Of a DNA stretch of 64,000 nt, positions 53,754-62,817 are shown piece by piece. Both the position numbers and the translations under genes were made by a program. The stretch covers positions 576,001 through 640,000 of the forward strand of contig CAXXNF010000001.1 of NCBI GenBank assembly GCA_963666365.2, given 5' to 3'. Under the pieces are notes generated by a model. That model ran no database searches. It saw nothing but the letters and a program-made list of their open reading frames with translations, and was not told where the DNA came from. The first letter of the stretch is position 1, and the number at the start of each line of letters is the position of its first letter. This DNA is from Syntrophales bacterium (GTDB lineage Bacteria > Desulfobacterota > Syntrophia > Syntrophales > UBA2210).

Positions 53754-54845
53754 TCATTGTTCACTTCTCTTCTTCATAGATTCGACAAAATCACTGAAGA
53801 GCGAACGGGCATCATGGGGACCGGGTCCCGCTTCGGGATGAAACTGCACCGAGAACACCGGCAGTACTTTGTGCCTGATTCCTTCCAGAGTTCCGTCATA
53901 AAGATTCACATGGGTTACTTTGATCACGTTTTTGTCAAGCGAATGTTCATCCACACAAAATCCATGATTCTGAACGGTAATATGAATTTTCCCCGTCGCC
54001 CTATCCTTGACGGGATGATTGCTTCCGTGGTGCCCGAATTTCAATTTATAGGTCTTTCCCCCCAGTGCCAGCCCCATGAGCTGGTGTCCCAGACAGATCC
54101 CGAAAAGAGGAACGTTCCCTTCGTTGATCAGCTCCCGAACCGTTTCCACCGCATAGGTGACGGCGGCCGGATCACCGGGACCATTTGACAGGAGCACGCC
54201 GTCGGGATTCAGTCGCATGATTTCATCAGCCGTGGCCCTCGCATTGAGCACGGTGACACGGCAGCCCGCTTCCTGGAGAAGCTGCAGGATGCTGGATTTC
54301 ACGCCGAAGTCGAGTACCGCTACCAGGGGACCTCCCTGCCGCCCAAGTTCGTAGGCATCGGGCGAACTGACCTCCCTTACCAGATCACGGCCCACAAGCC
54401 CCGGCGTCTTCTTCGCCCTTTCGACAAGCACCGCCGGATCGCTTTCGCGCGTCGATATGACGGCCCGCATGGCGCCCGCCTCCCTGATGTGTCTCGTCAG
54501 CGCCCGCGTGTCGACGCCGCAGATACCGGGTACGTCATGTTCCCTCAACAAGGAGTCCAGATCGCCGGAGGATCTCCAGTTACGCGCCCTGCGGCTCAGC
54601 TCACCGATCACGAACCCTTCCAGCCAGAGAGCGCGAGACTCATTGTCCTGATCATTCACACCGTAGTTGCCGATCAGAGGGTAGGTCATGGCGACAATCT
54701 GTCCCTTGTAGGACGGATCCGTCAACACTTCCTGGTACCCCGTCATGCCGGTATTAAAGACGATCTCTCCGCTCCGTTCGCCGGCGGCGCCAAAGGATGC
54801 ACCTTCAAAATACCTTCCGTCTTCCAGCGCAAGAATTGCTTTCAT
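53754..54845 (-). CDS. carA: carbamoyl-phosphate synthase small subunit
   Basis: FNTGMTGYQE.LTDPSY, SNGPGDP, GICLGHQ, QFHPEA. Confidence 0.97.
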   Translation of the reverse strand: MKAILALEDGRYFEGASFGAAGERSGEIVFNTGMTGYQEVLTDPSYKGQIVAMTYPLIGNYGVNDQDNESRALWLEGFVIGELSRRARNWRSSGDLDSLLREHDVPGICGVDTRALTRHIREAGAMRAVISTRESDPAVLVERAKKTPGLVGRDLVREVSSPDAYELGRQGGPLVAVLDFGVKSSILQLLQEAGCRVTVLNARATADEIMRLNPDGVLLSNGPGDPAAVTYAVETVRELINEGNVPLFGICLGHQLMGLALGGKTYKLKFGHHGSNHPVKDRATGKIHITVQNHGFCVDEHSLDKNVIKVTHVNLYDGTLEGIRHKVLPVFSVQFHPEAGPGPHDARSLFSDFVESMKKRSEQ

Positions 54846-54914
54846 AATAAAACCCGTGGTTCAAGTTCAAGGATTCCGGGGACCAGGCACATTCATACTA
54901 CGGCCTGACAACAG

Positions 54915-56345
54915 CTATGTGGCGGCTTCGCCGAACCGTTCCTTATCGAAGTTCTTTGGCGTCGCCGTGGGATAGTCCCCGGTAAAACAGGCCCTGCAAT
55001 AGGCCGATCCGTCATTGACTGTTTTCAGCATCCCCTCCACTGAAAGGTAGGCCAGCGAATCGGCTCCCAGATATCTCCTTATCTCTTCTACACTATGAGA
55101 TGCGGCAATGAGTTCTTTGCGGTTCGAAATATCGATCCCGTAGTAGCAGGGATGGATCACGGGCGGGGAGCTTACCCGCACATGCACTTCCACGGCTCCT
55201 GCATCGCGAATCAGATGGATCAGCTGTCGCAAGGTGGTGCCTCTCACTATTGAGTCTTCAACCACTACCACACGTTTCCCCTTCAGCACACCGGAAACGG
55301 TGTTGAATTTAATCTTTACATCGAGGTCCCGCTCGTGCTGGTGCGGCTCGATAAAGGTTCTTCCCACGTAGTGATTTCGTATCAGACCGATCTCAAAACG
55401 AATTTTCGCCGTTCGCGCATATCCCAGTGCTGCCGTGTTGGCGGAATCGGGAACGGCGATCACAAGATCGGCGTCGCAGGGCGCCTCTTTTGCCAGCGTT
55501 GTGCCAAGCTTCCTTCGTATTTTATCCACCTTGTCGCCAAATATGATACTGTCCGGTCTCGAAAAGTATATAAACTCGAATACACAAAAGGACCGTGACG
55601 GCGCTTCCTGAAGATGGATCGAGGAGACTCCCGATTCATCTATGGAAAGAATTTCTCCCGGCGCCACCTCCCTGATATATTGAGCATTTATAATATCGAG
55701 GGCACAGGACTCGGAGGCCACCACATACCCGCCGTTGATTTTACCGACACACAATGGTCTGAAGCCGCGGGGATCCCGCACCGCAATTACTTTTGACGGA
55801 GTAAGAAAAACAAAACTGTAGGCCCCTTCTATTTTTTCCAGAGAATCGGCAATCATTTCCTCGATGGGGCCCTTTTTGGACCGCGCAATCAAGTGGAGCA
55901 CAATTTCACTGTCCGAGGTCGTCTGAAAAATCGATCCTTCTTCTTCCATCCACCTTCGCAGTTCAGCGGCATTGACCACGTTTCCATTGTGAGCGGCCGC
56001 AATTTTCCCGCCCTTGAAACGAATAAGTATGGGTTGCGCGTTTTCAAGCCCCGAGAGACCCGTGGTCGAATACCGGTTATGACCGATAGCGGAACACCCC
56101 GTCAGCGTATCCAGCACATCGCTTCCGGCAAAGACCGCAGACACCAGCCCCATACCTTTGTGAAGTGAAAGAGTGCATCCATCGGATGCAGCGATGCCTG
56201 CGCTCTCCTGTCCCCGATGCTGCAGGGAGTAAAGCCCCAAATATGTTTTGCGCACCGCTTCTTTATCACCGAAGATGCCGAATACGGCGCAGCACTCTTT
56301 GATACCGCCGTGCGTCTCGTGACAGGCCTCGTGGTAGCAGGGCAT
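54915..56345 (-). CDS. purF: amidophosphoribosyltransferase (Fe-S type, with propeptide)
   Basis: ECCAVFG, QHRGQE, HNRYSTTG, EDSIVRGTT, C.AC. Confidence 0.96.
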   Translation of the reverse strand: MPCYHEACHETHGGIKECCAVFGIFGDKEAVRKTYLGLYSLQHRGQESAGIAASDGCTLSLHKGMGLVSAVFAGSDVLDTLTGCSAIGHNRYSTTGLSGLENAQPILIRFKGGKIAAAHNGNVVNAAELRRWMEEEGSIFQTTSDSEIVLHLIARSKKGPIEEMIADSLEKIEGAYSFVFLTPSKVIAVRDPRGFRPLCVGKINGGYVVASESCALDIINAQYIREVAPGEILSIDESGVSSIHLQEAPSRSFCVFEFIYFSRPDSIIFGDKVDKIRRKLGTTLAKEAPCDADLVIAVPDSANTAALGYARTAKIRFEIGLIRNHYVGRTFIEPHQHERDLDVKIKFNTVSGVLKGKRVVVVEDSIVRGTTLRQLIHLIRDAGAVEVHVRVSSPPVIHPCYYGIDISNRKELIAASHSVEEIRRYLGADSLAYLSVEGMLKTVNDGSAYCRACFTGDYPTATPKNFDKERFGEAAT

Positions 56346-56349
56346 CGTC

Positions 56350-57540
56350 TTATTCCTCCTCCCCGCGCCGGGTTATTGTGATACCCTGGAGGCGATTCAG
56401 TGCCGTTTCCAGACGATCCTCCGGCATGGTCAGGCTCATGCGGATGAACCCCTCGCCATGTGTTCCGAAGCCGACACCCGGCGTACACACAACACCGGTT
56501 TTTTCGAGAATATGGGCACAGAAATCCATGGATTTCCACCCTGCGGGCACAGGCGCCCATACATAAAAAGTGGCCGTCGGCATTTGGACATTCCAGCCCA
56601 TTTCGTTCAACCCGTTTACGAATCGTCTGGACCTCGATTCAAAAATGCCGCATAGTTTCTGAAGATCCTCCTCACATTCAGAAAGGGCCGTCACGGCGGC
56701 TTCCTGCACCGGCAGAAAGATTCCCGAATCCAGATTGGTTTTCACCCGGGCAAGGGCATCGATTATCTCGGCATTTCCCACGGCGAATCCCACCCTCCAG
56801 CCGGGCATGCAGAACGTTTTTGAAAGGGAATGGAATTCCACCCCCCACTCCTTCCCCCCCCGTGTTTGAAGAATGCTCGGTGATCGATTTCCGTTGTATA
56901 CAATCTCCGCATAGGCGGCATCATGACATACCGCCAATTGATGATCAGCAGCAAAGTCAATTACCTTCTGAAACATATCGAGATCGGCACAGGCCGCGGT
57001 GGGATTGGAAGGATAATTAATCCACATCAGTTTTGTATTGGACGACACAAGGAGAGTAAGTTCCTTTATATCGGGAAGAAAGCCGTTTTTCTCCCTCAAG
57101 GGAAAGAACAGCGGGACTCCGCCGGCAAGAGTGGTCCCCGCCGTATACACGGGGTATCCCGGATCGGGAAGCAGTACTTCCTGACCGGGATTGACAAGAG
57201 ACAAAAACACATGACCGATCCCCTCTTTGGAACCCAGCAGCGGCAGCACTTCCCTGTCCGGATCGAGGCTGACCCCGTAGCGCTTTTCAAACCACCGGGC
57301 GAAGACGGACCTCAGTTTCGGCAATCCGTCATAGGATGAATAATGATGGCTGCCCGCCCTTTTCACACTTTCAATGAGCGACTCAATAACCGCCTTGGGA
57401 GGACCCAGATCGGGATCACCGATCCCGAGATCAATCACATCGATGCCCCGCTTACGGGCATCGGCCTTCAATGTATCGATGCGCGCAAAAAGGTAGGGAG
57501 GTATCTGCTGAATTCTCTGTGATGCAATAGTACCCGACAT
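56350..57540 (-). CDS. dapL: LL-diaminopimelate aminotransferase (class I/II PLP)
   Basis: PYLFA, LGIGDPD, GSKEG, NYP.NPT, SLSKT..M.GWR; adjacent to dapF. Confidence 0.82.
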   Translation of the reverse strand: MSGTIASQRIQQIPPYLFARIDTLKADARKRGIDVIDLGIGDPDLGPPKAVIESLIESVKRAGSHHYSSYDGLPKLRSVFARWFEKRYGVSLDPDREVLPLLGSKEGIGHVFLSLVNPGQEVLLPDPGYPVYTAGTTLAGGVPLFFPLREKNGFLPDIKELTLLVSSNTKLMWINYPSNPTAACADLDMFQKVIDFAADHQLAVCHDAAYAEIVYNGNRSPSILQTRGGKEWGVEFHSLSKTFCMPGWRVGFAVGNAEIIDALARVKTNLDSGIFLPVQEAAVTALSECEEDLQKLCGIFESRSRRFVNGLNEMGWNVQMPTATFYVWAPVPAGWKSMDFCAHILEKTGVVCTPGVGFGTHGEGFIRMSLTMPEDRLETALNRLQGITITRRGEEE

Positions 57541-57542
57541 TT

Positions 57543-58427
57543 CTACTCCTCAGGGAGAGGCGCAAGCCCCTCGTATACCCAGGAAATTATTCCGCTGAGC
57601 CATACGTCGCTATAATAGGAATTTTGATCACGAAAGCGGACGGAAAGTTCACCACCGGCCACCTCAACCGTCAGAGATTCCGCCGTTGTGCCGCCTATCA
57701 TCGTAGCCGCAATGGCCGATGCAACAATGCCGGTGCCACAGGCCAGCGTCTCCCCCTCTACACCCCGCTCATAGGTGCGTACACGGATTCTGTCGGGTCC
57801 CACAATTTCGACAAAATCCACATTTGCGCCCCTGGGACTGAAAAGGGAGTGAAAGCGGACTTCTCTTCCGATTTCCCGTATGTCGTCATCCCGAACCGCC
57901 ATCAACGGTCCTTTTAATACGGACGCATCCTCCGCATCTTTCATGAATATGACAGCGTGAGGGACTCCGGAATCGATAAAATGGAAGGGAACTACCCTGC
58001 CTCGTTCCAGCGTAATGATACGTCCTCCCTCGCTCTTTTGAACATCGGTCAGCTTGATCGACACATTCTTTTCGTCTACAAGCGCTTCTATAATTCCGGC
58101 AAGGGTTTCGAATTTAAGGGGGGAACCGGCGATGTTCCGTTCAAGTGCAAAGGCCGCGGCGCATCGCGCTCCGTTTCCGCACATCTCCGCTTCGCTTCCG
58201 TCTGCATTAAAAATCCTCAGGTTGAAATCCGCCTGATCAGACGGTCCAAGCACAAGTATGCCGTCAGCGCCGATTGAACGGCGTCGTTCGCACAACTGAC
58301 GGGCGCATAAGTACCATGCAATATCAAACTCACCGGACATATTATCCACTACAATAAAATCGTTTCCATGACCGGACATCTTTGAAAAAGAAAGGTGCCC
58401 CGGTTCGCTGTGCCACATCATCTTCAT
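57543..58427 (-). CDS. dapF: diaminopimelate epimerase
   Basis: GHGNDF, NADGSEAEMCGNG.RC, GVPH, ERGVEGETLACGTG. Confidence 0.95.
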   Translation of the reverse strand: MKMMWHSEPGHLSFSKMSGHGNDFIVVDNMSGEFDIAWYLCARQLCERRRSIGADGILVLGPSDQADFNLRIFNADGSEAEMCGNGARCAAAFALERNIAGSPLKFETLAGIIEALVDEKNVSIKLTDVQKSEGGRIITLERGRVVPFHFIDSGVPHAVIFMKDAEDASVLKGPLMAVRDDDIREIGREVRFHSLFSPRGANVDFVEIVGPDRIRVRTYERGVEGETLACGTGIVASAIAATMIGGTTAESLTVEVAGGELSVRFRDQNSYYSDVWLSGIISWVYEGLAPLPEE

Positions 58428-58531
58428 GCTCCACCTCCTGCAGGCCGTTTTTCACGTATCGCTCTAGCAAAAACACTTCATATGCGTATATACCCGTTCC
58501 AACCTACAAGGTCAAACTTCTTGGAATATAC

Positions 58532-58547
58532 AGCAATATCAGTGCCA
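58532..58547 (-). promoter_or_regulatory. sigma-54 promoter of the dapF-dapL-purF-carA-guaA-carB operon
   Basis: TGGCAC-TGATA-TTGCT. Confidence 0.88.
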
Positions 58548-58643
58548 AAAATCCGCAGAACAAGAAAACGTCCTATCATATTGTGATCATTAACAGTATT
58601 ACAATCCAACCGTAAAAAATGACATCCAAGCACAGGTGTCACT

Positions 58644-58689
58644 ACTACGATATGGTAGGATTACGGACAATTATCTACTGAAATGTGAG
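58644..58689. promoter_or_regulatory. tandem upstream activator sites
   Basis: ACTAC-GATATG-GTAGG (58644) and TCTAC-TGAAAT-GTGAG (58674). Confidence 0.7.
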
Positions 58690-58705
58690 AAATAGAAGCG
58701 ACAGC

Positions 58706-58734
58706 TTGACATTGTTTTCCTCCTGGTGTATATA
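58706..58734 (+). promoter_or_regulatory. sigma-70 promoter of the methyl-transfer operon
   Basis: TTGACA-17-TATATA. Confidence 0.55.
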
Positions 58735-58810
58735 TTTCAGCAATGAATATTTCAATTAGTATCTTAAGTGCCTGTCTGGTATTCCATAGACATCGAGGGT
58801 AGGTAACACA

Positions 58811-59509
58811 ATGGAACGAATAGAAGCGACTATAAAATCAAGTCTTCACTCTCGCCCACTGGAAAGCGCCGAAGTAGCACAATTGTTGAAGGGACGGCAC
58901 GGCCGAAGGCTCGCGAGATCTTTTCGACACAGCGAAATGAACCACCTGCTGGACCGGTGGATCGAACCTCGATTGAGCTTTTGCGTCAAACACATTCTCT
59001 TCGTAGAAAACGGCGTCGTGGGTCTCGAGGGAAACGTGGAGTTGAAAAGCCCGACACTGGCCCGCGTCCTGCGGGACTGCAAAACGGCGGTATGTTTTAT
59101 TGCCACCATCGGCCCTGCTATTGACCAGGCTGTCAAACAGGCAAATTCGAAACATAACCTCACAGAGGCCTATCTCGTAGACAAAATCGGTTCCGCTGCC
59201 GTTGAAGATGTAGTTGATGCGTTTCAACGTCTTATGGGCGCACACGCTCAAAAGAGGCATGAAGGCATGACCTATCGCTTCAGTCCCGGCTATTGCGACT
59301 GGCCCCTTGGGGAACAGAAAAAACTCTTCTCCCTGGTCGACACAACCAGAATCGGCGTGTCTCTTTCCTCATCATGCCTGATGACACCGCGCAAAACGGT
59401 TTCGGGAATATTCGGGGTGTTGCCGCCGGGGCACGTTCCCTACAACCCCTGTATATCCTGCGGAAAAAAACAGTGCACTGCGAGACGGCTGCGCATGCGG
59501 TTGACGTGA
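58811..59509 (+). CDS. B12-dependent methionine synthase activation-domain-like protein
   Basis: ATIG, RFSPGYCDW.L..Q, IGV.L..S.LM.P.K.VSG. Confidence 0.82.
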   Translation: MERIEATIKSSLHSRPLESAEVAQLLKGRHGRRLARSFRHSEMNHLLDRWIEPRLSFCVKHILFVENGVVGLEGNVELKSPTLARVLRDCKTAVCFIATIGPAIDQAVKQANSKHNLTEAYLVDKIGSAAVEDVVDAFQRLMGAHAQKRHEGMTYRFSPGYCDWPLGEQKKLFSLVDTTRIGVSLSSSCLMTPRKTVSGIFGVLPPGHVPYNPCISCGKKQCTARRLRMRLT

Positions 59510-59555
59510 CGTTGCGCACCGCTCCCTTTTCTCTATTCCTTAGGAAGACAGACGC

Positions 59556-60428
59556 ATGAAGATAAAAGATATTTTTAATATCCACAAACCAGTACTTTCC
59601 TTCGAAGTGTTTCCCCCGGTTCGTGACGGCACGTCGGATCGGCTTTTTACGGTCATTGAACGGCTCTCGGAACTCAACCCCGATTTCATTTCAGTTACCT
59701 ACGGCGCCGGTGGAACCACCCAGGATATGTCGGTAGATATTGCCAGAGCGCTCAAGAAAAAAGGAACCGCTGAAGTAATGGCTCATTTGACCTGTGGCGG
59801 CGCCACCGTTGATGAAATAGAGCAGGTGCTTGGCGACCTGACCCGGGGCAACGTAAAAAATATTCTGGCCCTTCGCGGCGATCCTCCTGCGGATCAGACC
59901 TGCTTTGTAAAAAGAGAGGGTGGATTTGAATATGCCTGTGAGCTGGTGGCATTTATCAACAGTTACAATTTTTTCTCAATAGGGGTGGCCGGGTATCCGG
60001 AAGGACATTCAGAAGCGCCCAGTTTCGAAGCCGATATCGAAAATCTCAGGAAAAAGGTAGATGCCGGGGCCGACTTCGTAATCACCCAGCTTTTCTATGA
60101 TAATGACGATTTCTACAGATTCAGAGACGCTGCCCTTCGGGCGGGGATTCAGGTTCCCATCATCCCCGGAATCTTTCCTATATTCAATTATCGCCAAATT
60201 CAAAAAATTGCATTACTTTGCGGCGCCACGATCCCCTCCTCGCTTCATGACAGGCTTTGCCGCGTAAAGGGCGACAGCGATCTGGTCGAAGAATACGGCA
60301 TCGACTATGCACTGTGTCAAAGCGAGGATCTCATAAAAAACGGGGTTCCGGGGCTTCATTTTTACAGCATGAACCGAAGCAGGCATGTGGAGAGGATCGT
60401 GCGCAATCTTTCCTGGGAAAGAGGATAG
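59556..60428 (+). CDS. metF: 5,10-methylenetetrahydrofolate reductase
   Basis: SFEVFPP, SVTYGAGG, AHLTC, LALRGD, GYPEGH, ITQLF, LHFY..N. Confidence 0.95.
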   Translation: MKIKDIFNIHKPVLSFEVFPPVRDGTSDRLFTVIERLSELNPDFISVTYGAGGTTQDMSVDIARALKKKGTAEVMAHLTCGGATVDEIEQVLGDLTRGNVKNILALRGDPPADQTCFVKREGGFEYACELVAFINSYNFFSIGVAGYPEGHSEAPSFEADIENLRKKVDAGADFVITQLFYDNDDFYRFRDAALRAGIQVPIIPGIFPIFNYRQIQKIALLCGATIPSSLHDRLCRVKGDSDLVEEYGIDYALCQSEDLIKNGVPGLHFYSMNRSRHVERIVRNLSWERG

Positions 60429-60432
60429 GGGC

Positions 60433-61887
60433 ATGAAGAATAAAAATTTTTACCAAGGCGGCGCCTATCGCCCTCTCACCAATGAGGATATTGAAAAGAT
60501 ACACAATGCCTCGCTCAAGGTATTCGAGGAAGTGGGCATAGAAGTCAGACTGCCGGAAGCCCGGGAACTCTTTCAGAAGGCCGGCGCAGCTGTTGCCGCC
60601 GACGACCCGGTTGTCAAGATCCCCGCGGTTCTCGTCGAGGAACTTTTGCGCCATGCACCGCCCTATGTGATCCTTTGCGGTCGGGATGAAACAGGGGTCT
60701 TCGATTGCGAGATCGGGGGGCGAAACGTCTATATGGGAACAGGGGGGACGGCACTGAACGTGCAGGATTCAGGCGCCTCTGACTCCCGCAGGGCTACCAT
60801 CGACGATGTGGTTGCCATGGCTCGACTGGTGGAACGGCTTGATAATATACATTTTTACATGTTGAATGTCTATCCCAACGAACTGCCGGCCGATACAGTG
60901 GACGTGAACCGCTTCGGCGCCGCGCTGAAGTATACCCGAAAACACATCATGGGGGGCGTGTACACCAAAGAAGGGGTCAGAGATGTGATTAAAATGGCCG
61001 AAATCATCGTCGGCGGCGCCCAGGCATTGCGGGAGCGTCCCGTGATTTCCATGGTTACCTGCGTGGTAAGCCCGCTTCGGCTGGACGAACATTATTCCGG
61101 TCTTACCATCGAAGTGGCCCGTCAGGGAATTCCGGTGGTCGTACCGGCCGAACCGCTCTGCGGCGCCACAGGCCCCGTGACGCTGGCGGGTACACTGGTG
61201 GTACAGAACGTGGATACGCTGGCCGGCGTCATGCTGGCGCAATTGGCAAATCGAGGAACGCCGGTGATCTATGGAAGCGTTGCATCGGTGGCGGATCTTG
61301 CAAGTATGAAATACCTGTCCGGCGCCGTCGAAATGGGCCTGTTGAATGCCGCAGCCGCTCAGATGGCGCAGTATTATAGGCTTCCCTACTATGCGACGGC
61401 GGGAATGACCGATTCGAAGGTTCCCGATGCACAGGCAGGCTACGAGTCGGCGCTCACCAATCTCATGGTGGCCCTGGCGGGAGGGAACTTCATTCATGAC
61501 GCAGCAGGGTTCATAGAATTCTGTATGACCGCTTCATATGACAAACTGGTCATCGACAATGAACTCATCGGCATGGTGATGCGGGCCGTTGCCGGCATCG
61601 AAGTGAACGAAGAAACAATTGCCCTTGATGTGATCAAAAAGGTGGGCCCCGGCGGGCATTATGTAGCCCAGCGGCACACGCGTCGCCATATGCGCACGGA
61701 ACACTACGTACCGCAATTCGGCGACAGGAGCGACCGCGTCGAGTGGGAGCGAAAGGGCGCTGCCGATGCGAGGGCAAGAGCAACAGCAAAGGTACGCGAA
61801 ATACTTGATGAACCGCCAAGATCATATATTCCCGACGGCACAATGAAGGAGCTTTTTGCAACAATTCCGAATCTTAGAAACCTTTAG
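60433..61887 (+). CDS. MttB-family (non-pyrrolysine) corrinoid methyltransferase
   Basis: IH.AS..V.EE.G, SPL, G.T.PVTLAG, DSK..D.QAG.E, DNE, VGPGGH. Confidence 0.9.
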   Translation: MKNKNFYQGGAYRPLTNEDIEKIHNASLKVFEEVGIEVRLPEARELFQKAGAAVAADDPVVKIPAVLVEELLRHAPPYVILCGRDETGVFDCEIGGRNVYMGTGGTALNVQDSGASDSRRATIDDVVAMARLVERLDNIHFYMLNVYPNELPADTVDVNRFGAALKYTRKHIMGGVYTKEGVRDVIKMAEIIVGGAQALRERPVISMVTCVVSPLRLDEHYSGLTIEVARQGIPVVVPAEPLCGATGPVTLAGTLVVQNVDTLAGVMLAQLANRGTPVIYGSVASVADLASMKYLSGAVEMGLLNAAAAQMAQYYRLPYYATAGMTDSKVPDAQAGYESALTNLMVALAGGNFIHDAAGFIEFCMTASYDKLVIDNELIGMVMRAVAGIEVNEETIALDVIKKVGPGGHYVAQRHTRRHMRTEHYVPQFGDRSDRVEWERKGAADARARATAKVREILDEPPRSYIPDGTMKELFATIPNLRNL

Positions 61888-61898
61888 AAAAAAAACGG

Positions 61899-61975
61899 TC
61901 TCGCCCAGAGAGACAGCCAATAAGAATTTCAAATAATATTTTTCCCCTGCGAGCTCTGCGTTCCTGCAGGAGAAA
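61899..61975. repeat. REP-like palindromic element (degenerate)
   Basis: CTCGCCCAGAGAG ... CCCTGCGAGCTCTGCGTTCCTGCAGGAGAAA. Confidence 0.4.
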
Positions 61976-61989
61976 TAGGGAGTGTGCAT

Positions 61990-62796
61990 ATGCTGATTAT
62001 AGGAGAAAAGATCAATGCATCCATTCCATCGGTAAAAGAGGCTATTGTCAAAAAAGACGAGGCCTTTCTTGCCGGCCTCGCCCGGGATCAGGCGGATGCA
62101 GGCGCCGATTTCATTGATGTCAATGCCGGAGAGGGGATCGGCGGGCGTACACCTGTGGCAATAATGAAATGGCTTGTCGAAATTGTGCAGAATGCCACGG
62201 ATAGACCGCTCTGTTTCGACAGTGATGATCCGGTTGTTCTCGAGGCGGCTCTCTCACAATACCGGGAAGAGCGGGCAATGATCAATTCGGTCAATGCCGA
62301 ACCGGAAAAACTGGAACCGGTGGGACGCATCGCCGCTGAGCGGAAGACCGATCTCGTGGCCCTGGTCATGAAAGAAGGGGGCGTCCCCCGACTGATCAGT
62401 GAGCGTCTCGAAGCGGCGGACATAATCATGGAGCATCTTGGACGCCTTAATGTGTCGGAAGAGCAGGTCCTTTTCGATCCGCTGGTTCTTCCCATATCCG
62501 TCGATTCGATGCAGGGAAAGGTCACCCTGAAGACGATCGAAAGTCTCAAAGATCGCTATCCCCGCGCAAAAACCGTCATGGGACTCAGCAATATATCCTA
62601 CGGTCTCCCGGCCCGGGCCATCGTGAACAGATCGTTCTTTCTCATGGCGGCAGCATACGGCCTTGACGGGGCTATCCTGAATCCTCTCGACACCCGTCTC
62701 ATGAGCCTGGTCAAGGTGGCCGACATGCTGACGGACAGAGATCCCCGGTGCAAGAAATTCACCAATGCCTACCGGAAGGGGCTGCTGGTGCAATAA
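61990..62796 (+). CDS. methyl-THF:corrinoid methyltransferase (AcsE/pterin-binding fold)
   Basis: IIGEKIN, DVNAG, DS, INSV, DPLV.P, GLSNISYGLP. Confidence 0.88.
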   Translation: MLIIGEKINASIPSVKEAIVKKDEAFLAGLARDQADAGADFIDVNAGEGIGGRTPVAIMKWLVEIVQNATDRPLCFDSDDPVVLEAALSQYREERAMINSVNAEPEKLEPVGRIAAERKTDLVALVMKEGGVPRLISERLEAADIIMEHLGRLNVSEEQVLFDPLVLPISVDSMQGKVTLKTIESLKDRYPRAKTVMGLSNISYGLPARAIVNRSFFLMAAAYGLDGAILNPLDTRLMSLVKVADMLTDRDPRCKKFTNAYRKGLLVQ

Positions 62797-62817
62797 TTTT
62801 ATGAAAGGAGCGATATT

